DNA of 64,000 bases from Alphaproteobacteria bacterium (GCA_963555825.3 CAUVXB020000002.1:1536001-1600000); one strand, 5' to 3'; shown: positions 9,389 through 18,941, counted from the first letter of the stretch. Made by a program: numbers and translations. Notes: a model not told the origin generated them from the sequence alone.

Positions 9389-10744
9389 CTAGTAGCGCGT
9401 CATGTCGGGCCGGCCGACCGTGTGCTGCGTGCCGGCGAGCGGCACCATGGCCATCGCCGAGGCCTCCATGGTCAAGGCCGCGAGGTCCTCGGGCTCGAGC
9501 GAATGAACGTCGGTCTTGCCGCAGGCGCGCGCCATCATCTGGCACTCGATGGTGAGCGTGTGCAGGAAGTTGTAGACCCGCTCGGAGGCCTCGTCGGGGT
9601 CGAGCCGGGCGCGCAATTTCGGGTCCTGCGTCGCCACGCCGACCGGGCAGCGCCCGGTGTGGCAGTGATAGCAATAGCCCGCCGGCACGCCGATCTCGTT
9701 CTCGAAGTCGGCTTCCGGGATGTCCTTGTTGCAATTCAGCGCGACCATCGCCGAGGTGCCGATGGCGACCGCGTCGGCGCCCAGCGCCAGCGCCTTGGCG
9801 AGATCGCCGCCGTTGCGGATGCCGCCGGCATAGATCAGCGTGATATCGCCCGACTTGCCGAGATCGTCGAGCGCCTTGCGCGCCTGGCGGATCGCCGCGA
9901 TACCGGGCACGCCGGTCTCCTCGGTCGCCAGATGCGGCCCGGCGCCGGTCGAACCCTCCATGCCGTCCAGGTAGATCGAGTCCGGGTCGCATTTGATCGC
10001 CATGCGGACGTCGTCGAAGACGCGCGCCGAGCCCAGCTTTAGCTGGATCGGGATTTCCCAGTTGGTCGCCTCGCGGATCTCCTGGATCTTGAGCGCCAGG
10101 TCGTCGGGGCCGAGCCAGTCGGGATGGCGGGCCGGCGAGCGTTGGTCGATGCCGGCCGGCAGCGAGCGCATTTCGGCGACCTGATCGGTCACCTTCTGGC
10201 CCATCAGATGGCCGCCGAGGCCGACCTTGCAGCCCTGGCCGATGAAGAACTCGCAACCGTCGGCGAGCTGCAGGTGATGCGGGTTGAAGCCGTAGCGCGA
10301 CTGGATGTTCTGGTAGAACCACTTCGACGAATAGCGCCGCTCGTCGGGGATCATGCCGCCTTCGCCCGAGCACGTCGCGGTGCCCGCCATGGTCGCGCCG
10401 CGCGCCAGCGCCATCTTGGCCTCGTACGACAGCGCGCCGAAGCTCATGCCGGTGATGTAGACCGGGATGTCGAGCTCCAACGGCCGCTTGGCGCGCGGGC
10501 CGATGACCGTCTTTGTCAGGCACTTCTCGCGGTAGCCTTCGATGACGAAACGCGTCAGCGTGCCGGGCAGGAAGGTCAAATCGTCCCAGGTCGGGATCGT
10601 TTTGAACAGCGCCATACCGCGCATGCGGTAGCGGCCGAGCTGCGCCTTGATGTGGATGTCGTCGATGACCCGGGGCGTGAACAGAAAGTTCTGCCCGAGG
10701 ACGTCTTTGTTGCGGCCTTCGCCGTTGCCGTTCGTCATTGTCAC
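9389..10744 (-). CDS. glxD: FMN-binding glutamate synthase family protein (N-methylglutamate synthase subunit C-like)
   Basis: GMSFGALS, SGEGGM, GQGCKVGLGG, CYHCHTGRCPVGVATQDP; follows GATase and GXGXG subunits. Confidence 0.9.
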   Translation of the reverse strand: MTMTNGNGEGRNKDVLGQNFLFTPRVIDDIHIKAQLGRYRMRGMALFKTIPTWDDLTFLPGTLTRFVIEGYREKCLTKTVIGPRAKRPLELDIPVYITGMSFGALSYEAKMALARGATMAGTATCSGEGGMIPDERRYSSKWFYQNIQSRYGFNPHHLQLADGCEFFIGQGCKVGLGGHLMGQKVTDQVAEMRSLPAGIDQRSPARHPDWLGPDDLALKIQEIREATNWEIPIQLKLGSARVFDDVRMAIKCDPDSIYLDGMEGSTGAGPHLATEETGVPGIAAIRQARKALDDLGKSGDITLIYAGGIRNGGDLAKALALGADAVAIGTSAMVALNCNKDIPEADFENEIGVPAGYCYHCHTGRCPVGVATQDPKLRARLDPDEASERVYNFLHTLTIECQMMARACGKTDVHSLEPEDLAALTMEASAMAMVPLAGTQHTVGRPDMTRY

Positions 10745-10770
10745 TTTCCCTTCGCGTCTCGGCAGCCGTC

Positions 10771-10799
10771 GTAGCGGCGGGTTTGAAACCCGCCCCTAC
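10771..10799. repeat. GTAG-type REP palindrome
   Basis: GTAGCGGCGGGTTTGAAACCCGCCCCTAC hairpin overlapping the glxC stop codon. Confidence 0.7.
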
Positions 10800-11638
10800 A
10801 GCACCAGTTTCTTTTCATGCGGCTCGAGATTGTCGTAGTTCCAGAGCTGCTTGCCGGCGACGATCTTCTGCAGGTTCTCGACACCATTGGGCGCCGTGAG
10901 CCCGTACTGCTTGAGTTTGGCGTCGAGCCAGGCGGCGTCGACGTCGGTCATCTCGCCGGGCACCGCGTCGACGCCGAGCGATGCGATCGCGCCGCCGACG
11001 TAGATCGTGCCGTCGTACATCGAATCGCCCAGGTTCTTTCCGGCGTCGCCGAGCACGACCATGCGGCCGCGCTGCATCATGAAGCCCGAGAACGCCCCGG
11101 TGCGACCGCCGACGATGATCGTGCCGCCCTTCTGGTCGATGCCGGTGCGCGCGCCGACGTCGCCCATGCAGATCAGGTCGCCGCCGCGGATCGCCGCGCC
11201 GAAGCACGAGCCGGCGTTCTTCTCGATGACCACCGTGCCGGCCATCATGTTCTCGGCGCAGGACCAGCCGACGCGACCCGAGATATGCACGTTGGGACCG
11301 TCGATCAGACCGACGCCGAAATAGCCCAGGCTGCCCTCGAAACGGAGCTGAAGGCGGTTCAGGATGCCGACGCCGAGCGAATGCTTGGCGAGCGGGTTCT
11401 TGATCACGATGGTGCCGTAACCCTCGGCCATCAGCTCGCGGATCTTGAGATTGATCGCCTTGATGTCGATCTCGCCGGCGTCGAATTCGGCACGCTTGTT
11501 GAAGTCGACGTCGAAGCTGTCCGGCTGGACGAAATTTTCCTCCTCGGCCGGCGAGAAGAAGACCTGCTGGGTGCGCCCACCGAGCTGTTCGGTGTGCAAG
11601 CCCATTTCGTAGGATTTGTCGTCGCTTACGTGCGCCAT
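10796..11638 (-). CDS. glxC: GXGXG-domain glutamate synthase subunit (N-methylglutamate synthase subunit B-like)
   Basis: Repeated GxxGxxMxGG beta-helix motifs (AENMMAGT, GIDQKGGT, GDSMYDGT). Confidence 0.88.
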   Translation of the reverse strand: MAHVSDDKSYEMGLHTEQLGGRTQQVFFSPAEEENFVQPDSFDVDFNKRAEFDAGEIDIKAINLKIRELMAEGYGTIVIKNPLAKHSLGVGILNRLQLRFEGSLGYFGVGLIDGPNVHISGRVGWSCAENMMAGTVVIEKNAGSCFGAAIRGGDLICMGDVGARTGIDQKGGTIIVGGRTGAFSGFMMQRGRMVVLGDAGKNLGDSMYDGTIYVGGAIASLGVDAVPGEMTDVDAAWLDAKLKQYGLTAPNGVENLQKIVAGKQLWNYDNLEPHEKKLVL

Positions 11639-12561
11639 ACCCGGACCTCCCCTTCGTAAGGGTCGGAGGTGTCGATTTCGGCGGGGAAGATGCTGCGGAT
11701 CGCGACCTCCTCCGACGCCAACGCGATGAAGTCGTCCGACTCGTAGAGCACCATCGGCTTGGCCGCCATGACGTCCTTGGCCATGCCCAGGCTGTCCGAG
11801 GTCGCGACCACATAGGTGAACACGCCGTCGAGTTCGTCGATCGAGTTGGTCATCGCCTCCTCGAGGCCCTGGCCCTTCTCCTGGCGGTCGGCGAGGTAGA
11901 CGGCGATGAGTTCCGAATCGCAGTTCGACATGAAGCGGTGGCCGCGGTGCTCGAGCTCGCGCCGGTTCTTCCAGTAGTTGGTCAGCTGACCGTTGTGGAC
12001 CACCGAGATATCGCGGAACGGATAGGCCCAGTAGGGGTGCGCCGAGCGGATGTCGACGTCCGATTCGGTCGCCATGCGAGTGTGGCCGATGGCGTGGGTG
12101 CCGACGAAGCCCTTGAGGTCGTACTGCTCGGCGACCCGCGTCGCGTCGCCGAGGTCCTTGATCAGTTCAAGGCCGTCGCCGATCGACAGGATCTCGACGC
12201 CCTCGATGTCCTCGAGGTAGTCGGCGAGGCGTCTGAGATCGCCGTCGAAGCTGATGAGGTAGCGAAGCGCGTACTCGGTCGCCTTATGGGCCTCGACGAT
12301 CTCGCCGCCGAGCGACACGATGCGCCGGTCGACCTCGGCCTGGCGCTCTTCGACCTGGCCGTGGATGTCGAAACCCTTCGACATGTCTTCTTGCTCGGCG
12401 ACCTTGAAGCGCATCACGAGCTGGCCGTCGGTCGGCAGGCCGTAGACGGCGAACCCGGTCGAATCGGGGCCGCGGTGCCTCAACGACTGCAGCATCGAGG
12501 TCATCTCGCTGCCGATGTCGCCGCTGGCGCCGCGATGGATGATTCCGGCAATACCACACAT
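11626..12561 (-). CDS. glxB: Class II glutamine amidotransferase (N-methylglutamate synthase subunit A-like)
   Basis: N-terminal MCGIAG, HRGPDS, GHTRMATES, HNGQLTN. Confidence 0.9.
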   Translation of the reverse strand: MCGIAGIIHRGASGDIGSEMTSMLQSLRHRGPDSTGFAVYGLPTDGQLVMRFKVAEQEDMSKGFDIHGQVEERQAEVDRRIVSLGGEIVEAHKATEYALRYLISFDGDLRRLADYLEDIEGVEILSIGDGLELIKDLGDATRVAEQYDLKGFVGTHAIGHTRMATESDVDIRSAHPYWAYPFRDISVVHNGQLTNYWKNRRELEHRGHRFMSNCDSELIAVYLADRQEKGQGLEEAMTNSIDELDGVFTYVVATSDSLGMAKDVMAAKPMVLYESDDFIALASEEVAIRSIFPAEIDTSDPYEGEVRVWRT

Positions 12562-12657
12562 GGCAGTTTTGCTCCTTTGCGTTTGGCGTGGCGCCGCCCG
12601 TCGCCAATAAATTCAGAGGCGGGCGGCGCCGATCGATTCAGATGCGGGCTAGCCGGC

Positions 12658-14133
12658 CTATGGCAGGCAGTCCCAATAGGTCTGCAAGTCCCATTCCGTG
12701 ACGGTGGCGTTGTACTTCTCCCATTCGTCGCGCTTGTAGTGGGTGAACACCCGGTACATATCGCCGGGCAGCCCGGCCTTGACGATCTCGTCGGCCTCCA
12801 GCCGCTCGAGCGCCTCGCCGAGCGACATCGGCAGCTTGGTGACCTGCTTGCCGGCCTCCATGGCCTCGTAAATGTTGCGCTCCTCGGGCTCGCCCGGGTC
12901 GAGGTCGCGGGCGATGCCGTCGTCGAACACCGTGAGCAGGGAGGCGGCCAGCAGGTAGGGGTTGACCATCGAATCGACCGAGCGGTACTCGAAGCGACCG
13001 GGCGCCGAGATGCGCAGCGCGCAGGTGCGGTTCTGGTAGCCCCAATCGGCGAAGACCGGCGCCCAGAAGCCGGTGTCCCACAGGCGGCGGTAGGAATTCA
13101 CCGTCGAGGAACCCAGCGCGGTCAGGGCGCCGACATGTTCCATGACGCCGCCGATGCATTGCAGGCCGATCGGGCCCGGTTTGCGGGCATCGAGTTCGGG
13201 CACCGGCATGAAGGTGTTCTCGCCGCCCTTGAGATGCATATAGACGCCGTCGACGCCCGGCCGCTGATCGACATGCGCGGTGTTGACGAGCTGCTCCTCG
13301 CCGCCGCGCCAGAGCGACATGTTGTGGTGGCAGCCGTTGGCCGAGACGCCCATGAAGGGCTTCGACATGAAGCAGGCGATGAGGTTGTTCTCGCGCGCCA
13401 CCTGAGCGCAAATCTGGCGGTAGGTGGCCAGTCGGTCGCTGTTGCGCATCGGCTCGTCGAACATCCAGTTGAGCTCGAGCTGGCCGGGGGCGTCCTCGTG
13501 GTCGCCCTGGATCATATCGAGGCCCATCGCCTGGCTGTACTCGATGACTTGCATGAACACCGGGCGTAAGCTCTCGAACTGGTCGATGTGATAGCAGTTG
13601 GGTTTCGAGAAGCCGCCGTCGGGCAGGCCGTCCTCGCCCTTCTTCAGCCACATCATCTCGGGCTCGGTGCCGATGCGCAGGTGAAGGCCGTCGTGCTTTG
13701 CCTTGAACTCGTCGTGGATGATGCGCAGGTTGCCGCGGCAGTCCGAAGTCAGATGGCCGCCGGGGTTGACTTGCTCCTCGCGATTGCGGAAGCAGGTGAC
13801 GAACACGCGGGCGACCCGCTTGTCCCAGGGCAGCTGGCAGAATGTCTCCGGATCGGGAATGCCGACCAACTCGGAAGACTCGGGACCATAGCCGATGTAC
13901 TGGCCGTGGCGGTCGACGAACAGGTTCGCGGTCGAGCCGTAGACCAGCTGGAAACCGCGCCCGGCGATCGCCTCCCAGTGGTCGGCCGGGATGCCCTTGC
14001 CGACGATGCGCCCGGTTACCGAGATGAACTGATAGTAAATATAGGTGATGCCGAGCTCGTCGATCTTGGCCCGAACTTCCCTGACCAGTTCGTCGCGACC
14101 CTCTTGTGCGACATGTGCCTCGAGATACGTCAT
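12658..14133 (-). CDS. Glutamine synthetase family protein (gamma-glutamylmethylamide synthetase-like by context)
   Basis: GTEPE, HEDAPGQLE, FMSKPF, NGCHHN, NSYRRL, NRTCALR, FEYRSVD; upstream of glxBCD. Confidence 0.88.
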   Translation of the reverse strand: MTYLEAHVAQEGRDELVREVRAKIDELGITYIYYQFISVTGRIVGKGIPADHWEAIAGRGFQLVYGSTANLFVDRHGQYIGYGPESSELVGIPDPETFCQLPWDKRVARVFVTCFRNREEQVNPGGHLTSDCRGNLRIIHDEFKAKHDGLHLRIGTEPEMMWLKKGEDGLPDGGFSKPNCYHIDQFESLRPVFMQVIEYSQAMGLDMIQGDHEDAPGQLELNWMFDEPMRNSDRLATYRQICAQVARENNLIACFMSKPFMGVSANGCHHNMSLWRGGEEQLVNTAHVDQRPGVDGVYMHLKGGENTFMPVPELDARKPGPIGLQCIGGVMEHVGALTALGSSTVNSYRRLWDTGFWAPVFADWGYQNRTCALRISAPGRFEYRSVDSMVNPYLLAASLLTVFDDGIARDLDPGEPEERNIYEAMEAGKQVTKLPMSLGEALERLEADEIVKAGLPGDMYRVFTHYKRDEWEKYNATVTEWDLQTYWDCLP

Positions 14134-14254
14134 GATGTGTCTCCCCAATCGTCACCAAATTGAAATTGCCCGCATCTTGCGTGCGTAACGGCTCGGCCGG
14201 CGCGGCCGGAACCCGCGATTATGTCGTCTCAATCTCCCTCTGCCACCGCCACTC

Positions 14255-15592
14255 CTAGCTCCACGGGAACGGGCTGTTCGACACCGGGTGCAACTTGCCC
14301 TCGGCGTAGCGTGAGAAGCGGAACGGCGCCAACAATCCGCTGCGCTCACCGACGATCTCGCCGGCGACCAGCTTGCCGATGCCGATCATCTTGTAGCCGT
14401 GGTTCGAGTCGGCGATGATGTGGCAGTTCTGGTGGAAGATATCGATCACCGGGAAGCTGTCCGGCGTGAAGCAGCCGATGCCGCCCGACGGTTCCTTCTT
14501 CCACTTGCCGATCTGACCCGAGAAGCGCTCCTGGCAGAACGCCAGCGCCGAGCACCACATGTGGGCGAACTGGTCGTCGACGATGAACTCGGGCGACTCG
14601 GGGCCGTAGGGATCGACCTGGACCTCGTCGACCGGCGTCTCGACCTTGTAGGGCATGGCGCCGCCCTGGATGCCGCCGAAGTTGAAGTCGGGCTTGTAGT
14701 AGATGCCCCACATCCGGTCGGTGATCAGCGAGCCGTCGACGTCGGAATAGAGCGGCGCGTCGGTGTCGACGTGGATGACCGGCGGCATCTGGCCGTCGTT
14801 GGTCTTCTGCAGGTCGGGATCGACGCCCAGCGTGCCCTCCTCGAGGCACCAGTAGCGCCACATGTCGATGCCCTGGTGCATCGTGCCGTCGCCGCCCTTG
14901 ATGTCGACCGTGCGCGGCAGGTCGAGCATCTTCCAGATCGCATTGACCCACGGTCCGACGCCGACGATGACGTGGTCGCACTCGATCGCGCCGCGGTCGG
15001 TCTCGACCGCCGCGACGGCGCCGCCGGTCAGCTTGAAGCCGGTGACCTCGACGCCGCTCAGGATTCGCACGCCCTCGTTCTCGGCCTTGGTCGCCAGGCC
15101 GTACATCGAGGCGGTATTGTTGGCGTAGCCACCCTTCTTCTCGTGCAGCACCGTGGTGATGCCCTTGGCGCGCCAGTCACTGAACATCGCCTTCATATAG
15201 GCGGTGCAATCGGCGTCGCCCTCGATGAACGCCGATGAGTAGCCGATCGCCTGCTGCTGCTGGTAGATCGTCGCGATGTCGGCGTGCATCGATTCCGGGC
15301 TGATCTGCATATAGCCGACCGGGTGGTAGCTGAAGGCTTCCGCGTCGCTCTCCCAGACCGCGACGCATTCGGCCATCAGTTCGCGCATCGCCGGCTGGAA
15401 ATAATTGTTGCGCACGACGCCGCAGGCGATGCCGCTGGCGCCGCTGCCGATGCCCGACTTGTCGACGACCACGATATCGGTGCCGTCGCCCCGGCCCTTG
15501 GCCTTCAGCTCGAGCGCGAGATGATACGCGCTGCTCAGGCCGTGGATGCCGGCGCCGATGACCACGTGTTTCGCGTGGCTGGGAAACGCCAT
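14255..15592 (-). CDS. FAD-dependent oxidoreductase, sarcosine oxidase beta / N-methylglutamate dehydrogenase subunit-like
   Basis: Start MAFPSHAKHVVIGAGIHG; GASGIACGVVR; FTPDSFP; SNHGYKM. Confidence 0.85.
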   Translation of the reverse strand: MAFPSHAKHVVIGAGIHGLSSAYHLALELKAKGRGDGTDIVVVDKSGIGSGASGIACGVVRNNYFQPAMRELMAECVAVWESDAEAFSYHPVGYMQISPESMHADIATIYQQQQAIGYSSAFIEGDADCTAYMKAMFSDWRAKGITTVLHEKKGGYANNTASMYGLATKAENEGVRILSGVEVTGFKLTGGAVAAVETDRGAIECDHVIVGVGPWVNAIWKMLDLPRTVDIKGGDGTMHQGIDMWRYWCLEEGTLGVDPDLQKTNDGQMPPVIHVDTDAPLYSDVDGSLITDRMWGIYYKPDFNFGGIQGGAMPYKVETPVDEVQVDPYGPESPEFIVDDQFAHMWCSALAFCQERFSGQIGKWKKEPSGGIGCFTPDSFPVIDIFHQNCHIIADSNHGYKMIGIGKLVAGEIVGERSGLLAPFRFSRYAEGKLHPVSNSPFPWS

Positions 15593-15633
15593 TGTCGTGC
15601 CTCTCGAATCATCGGACTTGACGGGAGCTTGTT

Positions 15634-15659
15634 TTGGTCCGACCATATGCTAGACCAAA
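15634..15659. promoter_or_regulatory. FadR/GntR-type operator in divergent promoter
   Basis: TTGGTCCGACCA palindrome (15634-15645) plus adjacent GACCAAA half-site, between the divergent oxidoreductase operon and the GntR gene. Confidence 0.65.
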
Positions 15660-15738
15660 TAAACACCAATTCAACCAATTCGTCGACTATAAAAAACGCC
15701 GAATGCAGAAACTGTCAAGCGGCATCCACAACGGAACG

Positions 15739-16449
15739 ATGACCCGCCCCACGGCAGCCGCCGACGGCGCGGCGCCCGACTATCCGTCGGCGCGCGGCGC
15801 GGCGGGCATCGCCGCCTATCTTCGGCGCGCCATCCTCGACGGGGTCTACCTCTACGGCGAGCGCCTGCCGGCCGAGCGCCAGCTCGCCGAGACGTTGTCG
15901 AGCTCGCGCTCGACGGTGCGCGAGGCGCTTGGCATTCTCGAGCAGAACAACTTCATTACGCGCCGTGTCGGCAGCGGCACCTTCGTCACCTACATGCCCG
16001 AGACGGTGGGCGACGACGTCGCCGAGATCACCAGCCCGCTCGAGCTGATCGAGGTGCGCCTCGGCGTCGAGCCCTCCATGATGCGGCTCGCCGCGATCAA
16101 CGCCACCGCCAAGGACATCGACCGCGTGCGCGACGCGCTCTCCCGGCTCGACAAGCCGGGCATCGACGCCAACAGCTTCACCAAGTGGGACCGTCAGTTC
16201 CACCAGCTGCTCGCCGACGCGACGCATAACCCGCTGATGATATCGATCTACCAGCACGTCAATCACGTGCGTGGGCACGCCCAGTGGAGCGAGATGAAGG
16301 ACAAGATACTGACCGCCGAGCGCATCGCCGGTTACAACCGACAGCATGTCGCCCTCTATCAGGCGTTGCGCAGCCGCGACGCCGACGCCGCGGCGCGTAT
16401 CGTCACCGAACACCTCGACGACGCCCGGCGCGATCTACTGGCGACCTGA
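15739..16449 (+). CDS. GntR (FadR subfamily) transcriptional regulator
   Basis: GERLPAERQLA...SRSTVREAL...GSGTFV HTH; FCD domain (DRQFH, THNP). Confidence 0.93.
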   Translation: MTRPTAAADGAAPDYPSARGAAGIAAYLRRAILDGVYLYGERLPAERQLAETLSSSRSTVREALGILEQNNFITRRVGSGTFVTYMPETVGDDVAEITSPLELIEVRLGVEPSMMRLAAINATAKDIDRVRDALSRLDKPGIDANSFTKWDRQFHQLLADATHNPLMISIYQHVNHVRGHAQWSEMKDKILTAERIAGYNRQHVALYQALRSRDADAAARIVTEHLDDARRDLLAT

Positions 16450-16494
16450 GGCGCGAGCGGGCGCCGCGCCGGGCCCGCCTCCCGGCGCCGCCGA

Positions 16495-16766
16495 CTATCC
16501 ACGAAAGCTGTGGATAACCCCGTTGACTAGTGAACGGTAAATCCCCCGAAGCCGCGTCAGGCTTCACTCCAGACATCATTGCCCAAAAATTGGGCAGGAA
16601 TTTTCAAGCGCTTGAAAATAAATACATAATCTGAAGTCAACTGAAAAGCGGACGGAGACCGAATTGAGTTGCCTGGTGGCCTATGGCGATGGCAGGAGCG
16701 TGTCATGGTGCTGTGCACAAATTCGGCCGTTCCGAGCCTTTTCACATGTTTGTTATCAAAGTGTTA
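16495..16766. promoter_or_regulatory. DnaA-box / IHF-site cluster in a convergent intergenic region
   Basis: Perfect DnaA box TGTGGATAA 16509-16517; near matches 16495-16503, 16712-16720, 16738-16746; IHF consensus TATCAAAGTGTTA 16754-16766; AT-rich palindromes 16580-16618. Confidence 0.55.
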
Positions 16767-17930
16767 AAGCCGTGTGTTAAGGCGTTCGATCTCCACGCCG
16801 ACGCTCGTCGTATCGGCGATCGCATCGAGTTTTTCGACCCGCACCCGCGCCGCCGCGACACGGCGATCGGCCATGCAGAAATCGCCGATCCGATCGGCCA
16901 GCGTCTCGACCAGCTTGACGTGGCCGGCGTCGACGATAGCCTTCACCCCGACGACGATGTCGTCGTAGGAGACGGTGTTGGCGATCTTCTCGCCGGTCGG
17001 CCCGGCATCGACGAGCGTCAGGTCGACGTTGACGCGCAGTCGCTGCGTCGTGTCCTGCTCGTGGCGGTGGATGCCGATCCGGCCCTCGAGCATCAGATCG
17101 CGAACGAAAATGCGCCGCGTGCCGGTCGGCCGCGTCGGCTCGGCGCCGGCGCCGGCCGGCAGGGCCGCGGTCAGGCTCGCGGGCTCGCGCGGATCGGGGC
17201 CGTCGAGATGCTCGCCGCCGTCGAGCGCGATCATCTGTCCGGTCATCGCCGGCGCCGCGAGGATGAAACGCAGCGCGTCGCAGACCTCGGCCGGCGTCGT
17301 GCCGCGGCCGAGCGGCAGGCTCGTGACATGCGCGGCGAATTGTGCGTCGGTTTGGCGCCGGCTGGGCAGGGCGGGGCCGGGCCCGATGCCGTTGACCCGG
17401 ATGCGCGGCGCCAGCGCCAGCGCCAGCGACCGGGTCAGCGACCACAGTCCGGACTTGCTTACCGTATAGGAGATGAAGCTGGCGCCGAGGTTCCAGACGC
17501 GCTGGTCGAGCAGGTTGACGACATTGCCTTCGACGCCGTCGGGAAGCTGCCGCGCGAAGCCCTGGGTCAAAACCAATGGCGCGCGCAAATTGACATCGAT
17601 ATGGCAGTCCCATGACGCGCGCGTGACGCTGTCGACGCGGTCGTTCTCGAACAGCGCGGCGTTGTTGACCAGCAGGTTGAGTGGGCCGATCGTGGCCACG
17701 GTGCGCGCCACCAGCTCGGCGGTCGCGGCCTCGTCGGCGAGGTCGGCGTCGATGGCGACCGCCGTACCGCCGGCGCCGGTAATCTCGTCGACCACCGCGC
17801 GCGCGGTCTCGGCCGATCGGTGGTAGTGGACGGCGACCGCCCAGCCGTGGCGCGCCAGGTCGAGCGCGATGGCGCGGCCGATGCGCCGGCCGGCGCCGGT
17901 GACCAGTGCGCTGCCGGGCGCGTTGGTCAT
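16764..17930 (-). CDS. folB: SDR (pteridine reductase/FolM-like) fused to dihydroneopterin aldolase
   Basis: TGAGRRIG, NNAALF, YTVSK SDR motifs, then in-frame IFVRDL..IGIH..E...QRLRVNVDL, SYD, LVETLA, VRVEK FolB motifs. Confidence 0.85.
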   Translation of the reverse strand: MTNAPGSALVTGAGRRIGRAIALDLARHGWAVAVHYHRSAETARAVVDEITGAGGTAVAIDADLADEAATAELVARTVATIGPLNLLVNNAALFENDRVDSVTRASWDCHIDVNLRAPLVLTQGFARQLPDGVEGNVVNLLDQRVWNLGASFISYTVSKSGLWSLTRSLALALAPRIRVNGIGPGPALPSRRQTDAQFAAHVTSLPLGRGTTPAEVCDALRFILAAPAMTGQMIALDGGEHLDGPDPREPASLTAALPAGAGAEPTRPTGTRRIFVRDLMLEGRIGIHRHEQDTTQRLRVNVDLTLVDAGPTGEKIANTVSYDDIVVGVKAIVDAGHVKLVETLADRIGDFCMADRRVAAARVRVEKLDAIADTTSVGVEIERLNTRL

Positions 17931-17950
17931 GACCGCGCCGATCCCGGCGT

Positions 17951-18531
17951 TAGCCCGGAATTCCCGCCATGGACAGGTGCGGCACGGCGGATATCGGACG
18001 ACAGTCTAGGAAAAGCGTGCGGCGCGATGCCAGTACTCCCTTGCACGATTCCACGGCACGTAGGATCGCGTTTCCCGTTTCCTCGGCAGTCGGGGGCGTG
18101 ACGGCGATGCCGTGGCATCGCAGAGCGTTCCCGACGCCCCGAGGGGACGGGAAACGCGACCCGCAGGGCGGCCTTGCGCGGCCGCCGGCGGCGTTGCCCG
18201 GCGCTTGTGATGCGCCCAGCATCACAGCGCGCCGGGCGCCTTGCCGGACGACCACGCAAGGCCGTCCTACGTACCGTGGAATCGTGCAAGTGAGTACTCG
18301 CGCATCCTGCCTTCGCCGAAGCGAAGCTCCGGCTTCGCGCAGGCAGGCGGGCAAGCGCTTTGACGCCGCCTGTCGTCCGATATCCGCCGCCCTTCGGGTC
18401 GCGCCGGGCGGGCCGCCCGCGGCGTCGAAAGCCTTGCGCGTAGCCCAGGCTACGCGCGGCGGCCTTCTCCTGGCGGATCGAGCTCCGCCCGGCGCGATGA
18501 CGCGCCTGTCCATGGCGGGAAATCTGGGCTA
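17951..18531. mobile_element. Non-autonomous element (MITE) with 31-bp TIRs
   Basis: TAGCCCGGAATTCCCGCCATGGACAGGTGCG vs CGCGCCTGTCCATGGCGGGAAATCTGGGCTA (28/31); TA at both ends; nested internal inverted repeats; no credible ORF. Confidence 0.85.
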
Positions 18532-18536
18532 GCGCG

Positions 18537-18941
18537 TCAGAGCGTGGCATGGCGCGCCCGCGCCGCGCGCTCGATGGCCGCCGCGACGAGGCGGTCGAGG
18601 TCGAGCTTGTAGCGGATGTACTCGAGCAGCCTGAGCTCTTCCTGGTCGGCCTCGAGGTCGGCGGCGGCGACGTCGCAGGCGAGCGCATAGGCGGTCTCAC
18701 GCAACGGCTCGTTGAGCGCCCCGGCGATCGTGTCGAGCACGGCCTCGAGTCCGTCGTCGGCGCCGAGCATCCCGGCGCAGGCCTCGGCGTCCGTGGTCAG
18801 CTGGGTCATGTCGACGCCCTTGAAGGCGGGCCAGGTGCCGACGATCTCGCCGATCGTCGCCAGCTCGGCATCGCTCATGTCGCCATCGGCGGCCGACATC
18901 AGGACCATGGTGTAAATCAACGCGGTATGGGGAGTGACCAT
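18537..18941 (-). CDS. Tellurite resistance TerB family protein
   Basis: MSAADGDMSDAE and DVAAADLEADQEELRLL TerB-like motifs. Confidence 0.85.
   Translation of the reverse strand: MVTPHTALIYTMVLMSAADGDMSDAELATIGEIVGTWPAFKGVDMTQLTTDAEACAGMLGADDGLEAVLDTIAGALNEPLRETAYALACDVAAADLEADQEELRLLEYIRYKLDLDRLVAAAIERAARARHATL

Noticed and set aside
16450-16766. Firm oriC call
   Set aside because: Only one perfect DnaA box and none of the usual neighbours (hemE, dnaA, parAB); kept only as a candidate regulatory locus.
17927-18700. ORFs across the MITE
   Set aside because: Low-complexity translations on both strands produced by the palindromic element.
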